This document shows, piece after piece, positions 1 to 10,304 of a DNA stretch of 64,000 nucleotides. The notes beneath the pieces are model-generated. The model was not told the origin of the DNA. It worked only from the letters and a program-made list of their open reading frames with translations, and made no database searches. The position numbers were made by a program, and so were the translations under genes. The stretch comes from Naegleria gruberi (taxonomy: Eukaryota): assembly GCA_000004985.1 (NCBI GenBank), contig GG738876.1, one strand, 5' to 3'. Positions within the stretch are counted from its first letter, which is position 1; the number at the start of each line of letters is the position of its first letter.

Positions 1-121
1 ATTTTAATTTCAAGACTTGATATTTTTCTGCTTATATTCTATCTATTTATATAAATATTTATAATAATAAAAAACATTGTACATTTTTCACATTTTAAAA
101 ACAACAATTAAATGTTTTTTA

Positions 122-3100
122 TTAAGATGACAAATCAAAACAACCAATAACATTTGTTATTGAATTAAATATCATTACAATATTAATATTTGAATCTTGA
201 TTTGTAAAATTATTTGAAATTGTAATGTAAAAACATTGAACATGTTCAGATTTTGTTTTAATCATAAATTCACAATTTTTTTCAAAATGATTTTGAATAC
301 AATCAATAAAATTTAAAATCCATTTTTGTTGTGAATTTGTTGTAATTTTAGATAAAAATTCTAATAAATTATTTAATTCTAAATTAATAAATTCAATTGA
401 ATAATCTGCTAATGCAGAAATTGTTTGTTGATTTTTTAAATATTTTTGTCTAAAATAATCCAAAATATCATTTCTAATTATAGTAATATTAGCTTGTTTA
501 AATAAAGTATCTAATAAATTAATAAAAATTAAATTCATTTGAATTGAATTTAAATTTTTAGAAGAAATTGAATGAATTAAATCCAAATGATTTCCATTTT
601 TAGTATCAAAAATAAAAAATTTAAAAAAACTTGGTTGAGTCCAACATTTTGTAATAAATCTCCAACTTAGATTTGAATTATTTAAAATATTTTCAATTTT
701 ATCTAATTGTAATAATAAACTATTATTAATATTTTGTTTTGTAAAATAATAAAAACAAACAAGTTGCCAAATTTTTTCACATTTTACAAATTTTTTTAAA
801 ATGACAGTTGACACTTGACATAGAGAATTAATACTTCTCATTGAAAAAGCTCTATAACTTAGTATATGTATCCAAATATTCATATCTAAATTTTCAATAG
901 TTGAAATTAATTTTTGTTCATTTCCATAATTGGAAATTAAATAAATATTTAAATTTGCTCCTTTTTCTTCTAAATGTGAAATTAAATCTTTACATGAATT
1001 TAAAATTTTACCATAAATAATATGTAATAAATGTAATGGTGTAATTCCATTTCTATTTTCATGATTTACAAAATTAATTAATTTTTCATTTCCTTCAAAA
1101 CAATTTTCAAATTTTTCAATAATTAATTTCAAAATTGGTAAATTACAAATTCTAATAGAATCGAATAAAACATGTTCATTTCTTTCATATAATTTCATTG
1201 AATTAAATGTATATCCTCTAAATACTTGATCTTTCCAATGTTGAATTGAATATTCTTGTTTTTCTATAATTGTACATAAATTTTCATGAAAGGAAATAAA
1301 TTTTTCAATTTCTTTTAAATTTAATTCTTTTTTTTGTTGATATTTTAATTCTTTCATTTCATAATTTAAATTAATTAATTCATCTTTTATATTTTCATCA
1401 TTATTTAAATTATTTCCAAATATATCATTATTTTTAATTATATAAAAATTATTTAAAAAATTAATAAAAAAAACATTAAATGAATTTTGTGTAATTGGTT
1501 CATTTTGTAAAGTTAATTGTGAATAAATACTTCCATCAATTTTAGAAAATAAATGTGAAATTAAATTACATTGTTTTACAATTGTTGATTCTTTCCAATT
1601 TAATTTTTCATAATTAGAAGATGTATAAACTAGGTAATTTAATTTACAATATTCTATTTTTTTAATTAATATTTTATATTCTTTTAATGATTTTATATTT
1701 AAATTATTATTAGAATTATTAAAATTAGAATTTAAATTATTATTAGAATTATTAAAATTATTTAATTTGTTATCTTTTTTATAAATATAGTAATTTAATA
1801 AAATAGGTCTAATTAATTTACAAAATAAAGCAAAAGGATAATATTGTGTAAATTTAAAAAAAGGAAATTGATCAAATATCCAATTCATAATATCATCATG
1901 ATAATTAACTTTAATTGTATTTAAATTATTATTTTTTAATTTAATATATTTTAAAAATCTTTTAACATGTAATTTTGTTATCCTTAAAAGGAAAGGTATA
2001 ATTTTAGAAGGTGATAAACATGATCTATATTGAGCTAACATATCAATTGTACTACGATTAAATGATTTTTCATTGACAAATGAATATTTATATAAATGGA
2101 CTCCACTTCTCCTTATTTGGAATTTAAATAATTCATTTGAATTTAAATTTTTTAATTCTCTTATACAATTATTTAATAATAATAATATCATATTACATTT
2201 TTGTACATATTTTTCAATCATTTGATAATCAATTTGATTTAATAAATTATTTCGACTATTTCCATTATTAGAAGTTACTATATCTAGTCTATTAAATTGA
2301 TTTGGAAATATATCTAAATGTACATCTAAATCACTACAATTACTTTTAAATAAACTACTTCCACTACTATTACCACCACTATTACCATTACCATTACTAT
2401 TATTACCACTACTATTACTACTATTATTACTATTACGATTATTGGATGATGAATTAGATGATGAATTGGAATTACTATAATGGGATGATCCAATTCTATT
2501 AGTATTATTAGTATTATTAGTATTAGTATTATTATTATAGGAAGAGGATGCTGATACTGGTGATGGATCAAATAGTGGATATTCACTACTACTTGTACTC
2601 GTTAATTTCATTGATTGTTTCCATGTATTAGAAGTATTATTATTATTATTATTGGATGATGAATTAGATGATGAATTTCTATTATTATTATTATTATTGG
2701 ATGAAGAAGAATTGGATGAAAATCTATTAGCAAATGATGATGAAGGTTTGAATGATGGAATTGATGATTGATTAGAAGATGAAGATGATGGATTGAATAA
2801 CATTGTAAAATTATCTAATAAATGTACACTGAATGGTGAAGTTTCACTAAATATAAATCCATTCAAGTTTAATGTAAATATTATAATCATTTCTTGTTGT
2901 TGTTGTTGTTGATCATTGGAAGATGTATTGGATTGAAGTGATGAGTGTTTTGATTTCTTAGAAGACTTGTTGTTAGAATTATTAGTGGTGGGTATTTTGA
3001 TAGCTGCATTTGAACCTATTTGTTGTTGAAGTGTACTATTAGATGATGTTATTATAATATTATTATTATTATTATTATTCGAATTGTTATTATTAGAAAG

Positions 3101-3391
3101 TTGATGATAAATATCATATTGATTGATCACTCTTTCCATTAATAATTCACCACTACTTCCTGTACTTGATGAAGATGATGAAGATAATTGATCTGTCATC
3201 ACAACAATATTCCGATTATAATATTCACTACTATTTACTATTGAATAGGTTAATATTGGATCAATTCCATAAAACATATATCTATCTAATATATTTACTA
3301 TATACTTTTGAAATTGTTTAATATAGGAAGATATCATTGTGTGATCATCATCAAGAAATCTGAAAGTTGACATTTTTTTTATATTATTCAT
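122..3391 (-). CDS. Hypothetical Asn/Ser-rich protein (1089 aa), single exon within window
   Basis: Uninterrupted 3270-nt ORF with ATG at 3391 (plus-strand cat at 3389-3391). Long N/S homopolymer tracts and one ankyrin-like motif (NGITPLHLL). No confident family assignment. Confidence 0.5.
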   Translation of the reverse strand: MNNIKKMSTFRFLDDDHTMISSYIKQFQKYIVNILDRYMFYGIDPILTYSIVNSSEYYNRNIVVMTDQLSSSSSSSTGSSGELLMERVINQYDIYHQLSNNNNSNNNNNNNIIITSSNSTLQQQIGSNAAIKIPTTNNSNNKSSKKSKHSSLQSNTSSNDQQQQQQEMIIIFTLNLNGFIFSETSPFSVHLLDNFTMLFNPSSSSSNQSSIPSFKPSSSFANRFSSNSSSSNNNNNNRNSSSNSSSNNNNNNTSNTWKQSMKLTSTSSSEYPLFDPSPVSASSSYNNNTNTNNTNNTNRIGSSHYSNSNSSSNSSSNNRNSNNSSNSSGNNSNGNGNSGGNSSGSSLFKSNCSDLDVHLDIFPNQFNRLDIVTSNNGNSRNNLLNQIDYQMIEKYVQKCNMILLLLNNCIRELKNLNSNELFKFQIRRSGVHLYKYSFVNEKSFNRSTIDMLAQYRSCLSPSKIIPFLLRITKLHVKRFLKYIKLKNNNLNTIKVNYHDDIMNWIFDQFPFFKFTQYYPFALFCKLIRPILLNYYIYKKDNKLNNFNNSNNNLNSNFNNSNNNLNIKSLKEYKILIKKIEYCKLNYLVYTSSNYEKLNWKESTIVKQCNLISHLFSKIDGSIYSQLTLQNEPITQNSFNVFFINFLNNFYIIKNNDIFGNNLNNDENIKDELINLNYEMKELKYQQKKELNLKEIEKFISFHENLCTIIEKQEYSIQHWKDQVFRGYTFNSMKLYERNEHVLFDSIRICNLPILKLIIEKFENCFEGNEKLINFVNHENRNGITPLHLLHIIYGKILNSCKDLISHLEEKGANLNIYLISNYGNEQKLISTIENLDMNIWIHILSYRAFSMRSINSLCQVSTVILKKFVKCEKIWQLVCFYYFTKQNINNSLLLQLDKIENILNNSNLSWRFITKCWTQPSFFKFFIFDTKNGNHLDLIHSISSKNLNSIQMNLIFINLLDTLFKQANITIIRNDILDYFRQKYLKNQQTISALADYSIEFINLELNNLLEFLSKITTNSQQKWILNFIDCIQNHFEKNCEFMIKTKSEHVQCFYITISNNFTNQDSNINIVMIFNSITNVIGCFDLSS
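1701..1762. repeat. Tandem duplication of about 30 nt (aaattattattagaattattaaaatta) inside the CDS, encoding an N/S/L-rich repeat
   Basis: Two adjacent near-identical units read directly in the sequence. Confidence 0.6.
2438..2677. repeat. 30-bp exact direct repeat attattggatgatgaattagatgatgaatt at 2438-2467 and 2648-2677 inside the gene-1 CDS
   Basis: Identical strings 210 bp apart. The surrounding sequence is an att/act trinucleotide microsatellite encoding poly-Asn/Ser. Confidence 0.7.
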
Positions 3392-3557
3392 TTTAATTGG
3401 TAATTGACATGACTTGCATTAAGAAATATGGCCTTGATTATGATCTTTTAATTTACACATATAATATTTACATAAATAGTCTTGTTACATTGAAATTAAC
3501 ACTAAGTTTAACAATCTTTCAATTGAGTTCTTTGAATGTTTTAAAACTCAGTAAATA

Positions 3558-6231
3558 ATGGGAGGTCAAAGACATTTGTTTTGGCGCCAAAATTATTTAC
3601 GAAGAGAAAGTTTAAAAAAAATGGAAACACCACCAACAAATCATACTCACGTTGTTATACCACCCTTAATGGTATCAAATGCTACATCAAGTCATAATAT
3701 ATCGGCCTCTCATACTAGTAGTCATCAACATGTTATGGGAAATAATTCAATGATTATCGGAGGTAGTGATGAATATTTAAATGCTTCTATCAATTCTTTG
3801 GATAATTATGGCTACGGATCTTTAGAGAAAATGGCAGCAACACTTACAGAACCATCAAATAGTACGTGTCAGTTTTTAATAATTATTGGAATTGTTTCAA
3901 GTTTTTGGTATGGGATTAATTGAGAAAAAGAAAAAAACAAATCCTCTACATGAAGTTAGAATGAGGGAAAAGCAAATGTTGGACAATCAAAGAAAAAAAT
4001 TATCATCAACTATAGATAGAAATTTGGAAAGAAAAAGATTATCATCAGCCTATACGAATTCGAGAAAGCAGGAGAAGGACTCAAGTGTCAACTTGGGTAA
4101 TTCCATCTCTTTATTAAAATCGCCCAGAGAAATTCAATTATCCCTCAATCCAACTACTCAACTCAAAGAAGACCAAGAAGAGGAGACTGAGTTTGATACA
4201 ACATTTTCAAGAAAATTCCACTATGTACATATTCAAGATGAAGATGTTACTGTAACAAAAGCTTTCAGTAGAGTATCAACAGCCGCCAAAAATCAAAGAA
4301 GAATTAGTACACTTTCAGAATCTTATTTTATTCCTTCGCTTGTAGAATTGTGTGCTAACGAAATTGCTAAAAACTTTGAAAAACGTCCAACATTTGAAAA
4401 AATTCCAACTGAGCTAAGGCAGCTAATTTCAAAAAAGCTCTCTGTCAATATTCCTCTTCAAATATCAGTACCTCTAATCGATGATGATGACTATTGGAAA
4501 AAATGTTGCTTTATGAGATGGTCTATTGGACAACTCGGAACATACTGTACAAAACAAGGAGTGGAGTTATTTCATGAAGAAAACCCAGCAAGAGTTGAAG
4601 ATATCATGATAAAAGGAAGTTTCAAAAGTAGAGTTCAACAAAGATATAAGAAATCAAAAGGAAGTAAGCTGAATCCTGAAGAAGAGAAAAAAGAAGCATC
4701 CAAAACTTGGAAACAACTTTATCTAGAAATTAACTTTGATGAGTTTTTAGAAACACTCCAACCTCAAAAAACCATTCTGCAAGAACTTAAAACTATTTTT
4801 TATCAACCAAAGCCAGAAGAAAAGACTACTTTAAAGAATTCAGAACTTACTACATTGAGAACGCTTCATGAAATCAAGCGAAAAATCAATGAAGAAAAGG
4901 CGCTGAAAGACGAAGTTGCTCTTCTTATGGCTCAAACAGACCCTCAAAAGAAGAAGGGAAAGAAAACAGAGGAAACAGTGATAGATATTCCAGATCCAAA
5001 CTTATCAGTAATTAAAGCATCAGACAGTGACGAGCCATCCAATTGTGAAATATTCCAAAAGTGCCTTCATTCAAATCAAATGAGACCAAATGTGAACTAT
5101 TACCTGTTACACTGCAAAACCTTATCAAAGGAAGAATATGAACAATATCCAATTGAAAAATTTAGAGACAAATTGACAGAACTGTTTGACGGATTGCAAA
5201 GTCAAGGTACTAGTAGATTAAGCAAGATCACTAATGATGACGATATTTTTACATTCTATGAAAGTGCAATCCAAAAAAGAGAACAAAAGATGCATATGAA
5301 TCAAGATTTAAAAATGCAGTATTGGTTATTAAACAAGAAGGAAATGTTGGAAGAATCAGATGCAGATATTCAACAAATGTTCGAGTTTATAAGGAAGAAA
5401 AACCAAGAGCATTTAACAGAGTTATGTAACATGTCAAAAGGTTATGTCAAGGATATTAATATCAGAGGTATTAAGGAGCATATTGATATCCAGGAAATAT
5501 TTGAAATTTTACCTTTCCTTGATACTGTAAGAATCGAATACTCTGCAAGAAATGTTGGTATGACATTCGACACGTCTTTATTGGGAATTAAGAAACGAGA
5601 TTGTCAAATGCTGGCAAAAATACTTTCTGATAGCTCAAAAGCCAAGTTTTTAACTACTTTAGTTTTATCTGAAAACCTTATTGATGACGAGCAAACAAAA
5701 ATTATAACAAGTGGACTTTACCTGAACACGAGAATAACTTCTATTGATTTGTCTCACAATAGGATTAGTGTAGAAGGGTGTAAATCAATTGCAGCCATGT
5801 TAAAGGCAAACAAAACTCTCAAAATTCTTCATATTTCAGACAATGATATCCAAACAGATGGTGCTCTCTATATTGGATCTAGTTTGAAATTCAATTCATC
5901 TTTGAAAGAATTGAATTTAAGCTTGAACAAAATTGGTGATGCTGGAGCTTTGTCAGTAATTACAAACTCTAAAAATTTACAAAAATTGAACTTGGCCAAC
6001 AATGTTATTACAGAGCAAACAGGAAATCAATTAATAAGAAAAATGGAGGAATACAAAGAATCGAATGTTCAAAACAGTTTCTTACCAAAACGATTGGACA
6101 TCTCTGGTAACTTTATTAACATTGATTGTTGTAAAATATTGGAAGACCTATGCTTTGACACTCATTACATTGAACACTTGGATGTACGTCTAAATCAGGA
6201 TATTAAGAAGGAGAGAATTTCTTTAGAATAA
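3558..6231 (+). CDS. Leucine-rich-repeat (RNI-type LRR) protein. Main exon is 3902-6231 (in-frame ATG at 3910). A tentative 5' exon 3558-3861 is joined by a 40-nt intron (3862-3901)
   Basis: C-terminal third shows RNI-like LRRs (LSENLIDDEQTKII..LDLSHNRISVEGCKSIAAML..LHISDNDIQTDGA..LNLSLNKIGDAGA..LNLANNVITEQTG). The track ORF 3886 starts on TTG. The upstream ORF (3558, true ATG) ends in phase 1 at a GTACGT donor at 3862, and an AG at 3900-3901 restores the frame. A 40-nt intron is within the range seen elsewhere here (39-41 nt). Confidence 0.6.
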
Positions 6232-6275
6232 AGACAACAAACCCGCCAAAACTTAAAACAAAACTACAAAAAAAA

Positions 6276-8228
6276 ATGACGTTAGTTCTGAAAGCATCAA
6301 ACAAGTTGGAAATTAATGATGGTATTTGTGTTCAACAGTCGGAGTCATATAGTGATTTAAATCATGTTGTTATCGACAGTATTCCATCATTATTAGGGTT
6401 TTATGAAAAAAAGAAACAAGAAATCAATAAAACCTTAAAGAAGATAAAACAATCAAATAATAGTTGTTATTCAAGACAACACACTGATGATAGTAAGAAA
6501 CAAGCTACAGACAACAAGGCTGGGGATCAAAAACAACAACCCACCTCAAACAATCCTAACAATAATCAAAATCCTCCTACTCAAACTCCAAATAATACTA
6601 ATACACCAGGAGGAGGAAATAACCAACCTCCTCCTAATAACAACCCACCTCCTAACAATAATCCACCACCTCCTAATAACAATCCACCCCCAAACAATAA
6701 TGCAAAAAAACCTGAAGATCAAAAATTTTCAAAGAAACTTGCCAAGTTTACATCTCAATTTAAAGTGAACCCAGAAGGAAAATTCAAAACGTATTGGGAT
6801 CTATTTGTTCTGTTAATCATATTCTACAATTGGGGAACAGTTGCTTACAGATGTGCTTTTTACAAGTCTGATTATTTTTGGATTGGTATTGATTTAGTAA
6901 TGGATTTCATTCTGTGGATTGATATATTGTTGAGGTTTAGAATTACATACTTGGAATTTGGCCTCCCAGTTACAGATTCAAAACGTATTGCAAAGATATA
7001 TGCCAAAAGTTGGGGTTTCTGGATAGATGTATTTGCAAATTTACCCTTTGAGTTTATTGGTTATGGAGCAACACCAAGGTACTGGTCGTTCTATAGGATC
7101 AATAGATATGCCAGAGTTTATAGGTATAATGACTATTTCCAAACATTTGAAGAAGGATTTCCAATTATTCACCCAGCCATTATGAAATTGATTAAGTATA
7201 TTATGTTGTTCGTTGTTTCTCATTGGATTGTTGCAATGTTTTATCAATGGGTTCTTGAAACTGAAGTCACACCATTTTCAGGTTTCTTTCTTGGAGATAT
7301 GTCTCAATCAGAAGCTCAAAAAATCCTACGAGCAATCTATTGGTCAATTGGTCAAATGAACGGATACGCCAATACGAATCCAGATAGTGACTTGGAGACA
7401 TGGTGTATGTTACTTATTACAATTATTGGTTTAGCACTTTACGTTGCTATCGTCGGTACAGTCGGTTCTATCTTGGGTGATTTGAATGCTCAAAAAGAAG
7501 AATTTGAGAATTTCCTTGATGGTATCAAAGCCTTTATGAATTACAGAAAATTGACTCAAGATTTGCAAGCAAAAGTTATTGAATACTACACTTATCTTTG
7601 GAAAACAAGAAAAACCTTAGATGAAGACAAAATGTTAGCAGAACTTCCAGAACATTTGAAGATTGAAGTATCTCTATTTTTAAATAAGGATATTATCCAA
7701 AAGATTCCATTCTTCCAACATTTAGAAGAACAGTTTATCAATTCTCTAGTATTGAAATTGAAACCAAAAGTTACTTTACCAAATTCCTTAATTGTAAGAA
7801 AGGGAGATATTGGAAGAGAAATGTTTTTCATCAACAGAGGTTCTGTTGAAGTTATTGGTGAAGCGAATAAGGAGGGTGTGATTCCTGTTTTTGCTACATT
7901 ATCAGAAGGTTCTTTCTTTGGAGAAATGGCAATCATTAACAATTCCAAGAGAGGAGCATCAATTAGAGCTAAAGGTTATTGCGATCTTTCAGTTTTGACT
8001 AAGGAAGACTTTAAACTTATCATGGAAACCTTCCCAGAAACTGTGAGAGAACAAATTAACAATGAAGTTAAGAAGAGAACTGCTCCTCCACCACCACCTT
8101 CTTCTAATCCACCACCACCTCAACAACAACAACAACCTCCTCAAAGTAGAGCTAATTCCTCATTGACCCTTCCACAACCATCAAGTACAAACAGCAGTAG
8201 ACCATCATCTTCTACTTCAAGAAAATAA
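6276..8228 (+). CDS. Cyclic-nucleotide-gated/voltage-gated-like cation channel with a C-terminal cNMP-binding domain (650 aa)
   Basis: ATG at 6276. Hydrophobic S1-S6-like segments and a pore-like GQMNGYANTNP. Canonical cNMP-binding motif FFGEMAIINNSKRGASIRAKGYCDLSVL. Pro/Asn-rich N-terminus and a poly-Q/P C-terminus. Confidence 0.8.
   Translation: MTLVLKASNKLEINDGICVQQSESYSDLNHVVIDSIPSLLGFYEKKKQEINKTLKKIKQSNNSCYSRQHTDDSKKQATDNKAGDQKQQPTSNNPNNNQNPPTQTPNNTNTPGGGNNQPPPNNNPPPNNNPPPPNNNPPPNNNAKKPEDQKFSKKLAKFTSQFKVNPEGKFKTYWDLFVLLIIFYNWGTVAYRCAFYKSDYFWIGIDLVMDFILWIDILLRFRITYLEFGLPVTDSKRIAKIYAKSWGFWIDVFANLPFEFIGYGATPRYWSFYRINRYARVYRYNDYFQTFEEGFPIIHPAIMKLIKYIMLFVVSHWIVAMFYQWVLETEVTPFSGFFLGDMSQSEAQKILRAIYWSIGQMNGYANTNPDSDLETWCMLLITIIGLALYVAIVGTVGSILGDLNAQKEEFENFLDGIKAFMNYRKLTQDLQAKVIEYYTYLWKTRKTLDEDKMLAELPEHLKIEVSLFLNKDIIQKIPFFQHLEEQFINSLVLKLKPKVTLPNSLIVRKGDIGREMFFINRGSVEVIGEANKEGVIPVFATLSEGSFFGEMAIINNSKRGASIRAKGYCDLSVLTKEDFKLIMETFPETVREQINNEVKKRTAPPPPPSSNPPPPQQQQQPPQSRANSSLTLPQPSSTNSSRPSSSTSRK
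6621..6703. repeat. Imperfect tandem repeat of 24-27 nt encoding (NNNPPP)n in the channel N-terminus
   Basis: Repeated units cctcctaataacaacccacct, cctaacaataatccaccacct and cctaataacaatccaccccca. Confidence 0.6.
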
Positions 8229-8310
8229 AGGTTTCTTTTTTAAAGTCAAACATCACTTTTCCTTGACGAGGTCACATCATTAAAGTAGCCGTTCAATACT
8301 CAAAATAAAA

Positions 8311-9595
8311 ATGCATGATGATGATTATGATGAGGATAAAAAGAGCAAGGAACCACTATCAATATTAGGATTTAATTTATCATATTGTGATGGATATATA
8401 CAATTTATATTACTTGCATCATTTATAATATTCTGTTTTATGATGTCGGGTGTAACACAAGAATATATTTTCACTCAATACAAAGGCTTTGATTTCGGAT
8501 TTTTTGCAACATTAATACAATTTATTGTCTATGCAGGTTTTGGTTATTTTGGTTATAGGAAAACAAAAACCTCTTCCTCCTCAGCTCATTCCGATGCTTT
8601 ATTACGAGTGAATAGTACTTTAAATTTTGAAGATGAAATTAAATTCATTTCGCCTTCAACTTTATTACCAATTAGTAGTAGTGGTAGTAGTAATAATAAT
8701 ACAAATAACAATAATTATACAATGAGCCAAAATACTACTCATCAATACAAGAGTACATTTAATAGTAATTATAGCAATAATACATTTAATAATTTTAATA
8801 CAAATATCAGTAATAATCATACCTATAATAACAATTATAGTACTCAATCAACTCAATCATCATCAACATTGAAAAATTATTTAATAACAATCTTTAATTT
8901 ATTACATTTTGATAACAAACTACCAATTAAATATTATTTTATATTAGGATCATGTATGGTAATTGGTATGGGGTTAGGAAATCAATCATTAGCCTATTTA
9001 AATTATCCAACTAAAGTTTTATTTAAAAGTTCAAAACTTTTAATTACAATGTTTGTGGGTGTTTTACTTTTAAGGAAAAGATACAAAACTTTGGATTATT
9101 TAGCGAGTATTTTCTTACTTTTAGGATTATTTTCACTTGTTGGAGCAAATCAACATCATTCTATTAATAGTGTTAAATTTGAATATTTTGGAGTTTTCCT
9201 TATTTCACTTTCTTTAATTTTTGATTCAATTTCATCAAATTACAAGAGAAAGTACTAGAGAAATNNNNNNNNNNNNNNNNNNNNNNNNNNNNNNNNNNNN
9301 NNNNNNNNNNNNNNACAGTTTTATTAGTTATATTGGATCGTACTATACAAGTAAAATGATAAAACAATATGGTATTCTTGTTGCATTAACAACAACTTCA
9401 TGTAGAAAAATTTTAAGTATAATTCTGAGCCATTTCATATTTCCAAAACCATTTAATTTATTTCATGTCATTTCAATCATGTTGGTATTTGCAGGTGTTT
9501 TTATCAGAGTTTATTGTAAACAAAAGAAAGTAATTGATAAAACACTTTTAAATATTTGGTTCATTTTGAAACAACAAAGATATCAACAAGAATAA
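8311..9595 (+). CDS. UAA/SLC35B-family nucleotide-sugar transporter, interrupted by an assembly gap
   Basis: N-terminal part matches the SLC35B pattern (GNQSLAYLNYPTKVLFKSSKLLITMFVGVLLLRKRYKTLDYLASIFLLLGL). The part after the gap (ALTTTSCRKILSIILSHFIFPKPFNLFHVISIMLVFAGVFI) matches the conserved C-terminal TM region of the same family. The two ORFs (8311-9258 and 9318-9595) are in different frames across the N run. There is a poly-N/S insertion in a loop. Confidence 0.65.
9265..9314. other. Assembly gap (50 N) inside the transporter gene
   Basis: Literal run of n characters. Confidence 1.
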
Positions 9596-10304
9596 ACTTT
9601 CTCTTTGAAAATGAAATTAAAATTACCAATACAGTAAATTGTATTTCCAGATCTTTCCCTTAATTGCATTTCTCTTTATGGTTGTATTCTAAACTCATAA
9701 TTTATTTGGTAACACTACAAAAGAGCACTCAAAGAACGTCAAGAACTATTGTTTGCTTGTCCGCACCCAACAAGTCATAATAAATGAAATTCCACCATGT
9801 ATAAATTCCTCAACAAGTGAACGTTTGAATAATAATATTAACAAACAATGGATCCTTAATTATTTTAGTGCTGTTGATGAACATCAGATTATTCCACACT
9901 TGAAGGTCCTCGCTCAGGGCTGAGCAGCAAACTGCGCACCACACAACAAAGCATTTTTTCATAAATCTCAACGGTTAAATAAATTCTGCATTCGTAATTA
10001 GATTACATTTCTTCAATTTGACACCAAAACAAAATGTTTGAGCGAGACAGTGAACATAACGTTATACAAACTCGTTAGAAGAACACAAAAAAGGATCGGC
10101 CGAATAGAATAGTATGTTTATTACCCAATAATTCTCGCCAATCACGCAGTACAAAAAGACAAAAATGGGATCGTCCCACAAACAAAATCAACAATAAAAA
10201 AAAGGTTAAACTTACTACTGAAAGAATATAGAGATCCACAAAGGATTCGAAAAGTCAACACACAACGCCTTCCTCTCATTGACCCTGAAAAAAGCATTGC
10301 ATTA

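Noticed and set aside
2326-2586. Track ORFs antisense to or nested in low-complexity coding regions (for example 2326-2586, 6487-6768, 7592-7948, 12474-12707, 18624-19004, 33653-34210, 48542-49087)
   Set aside because: They lie opposite or inside genes supported by homology and are made of mirror-image homopolymer codons (I/L/V/H runs). They are chance ORFs in AT-rich repetitive sequence.
9221-9595. Independent 124-aa gene as listed in the track
   Set aside because: It is the C-terminal transmembrane part of the SLC35B-like transporter, separated from the rest only by the assembly gap.
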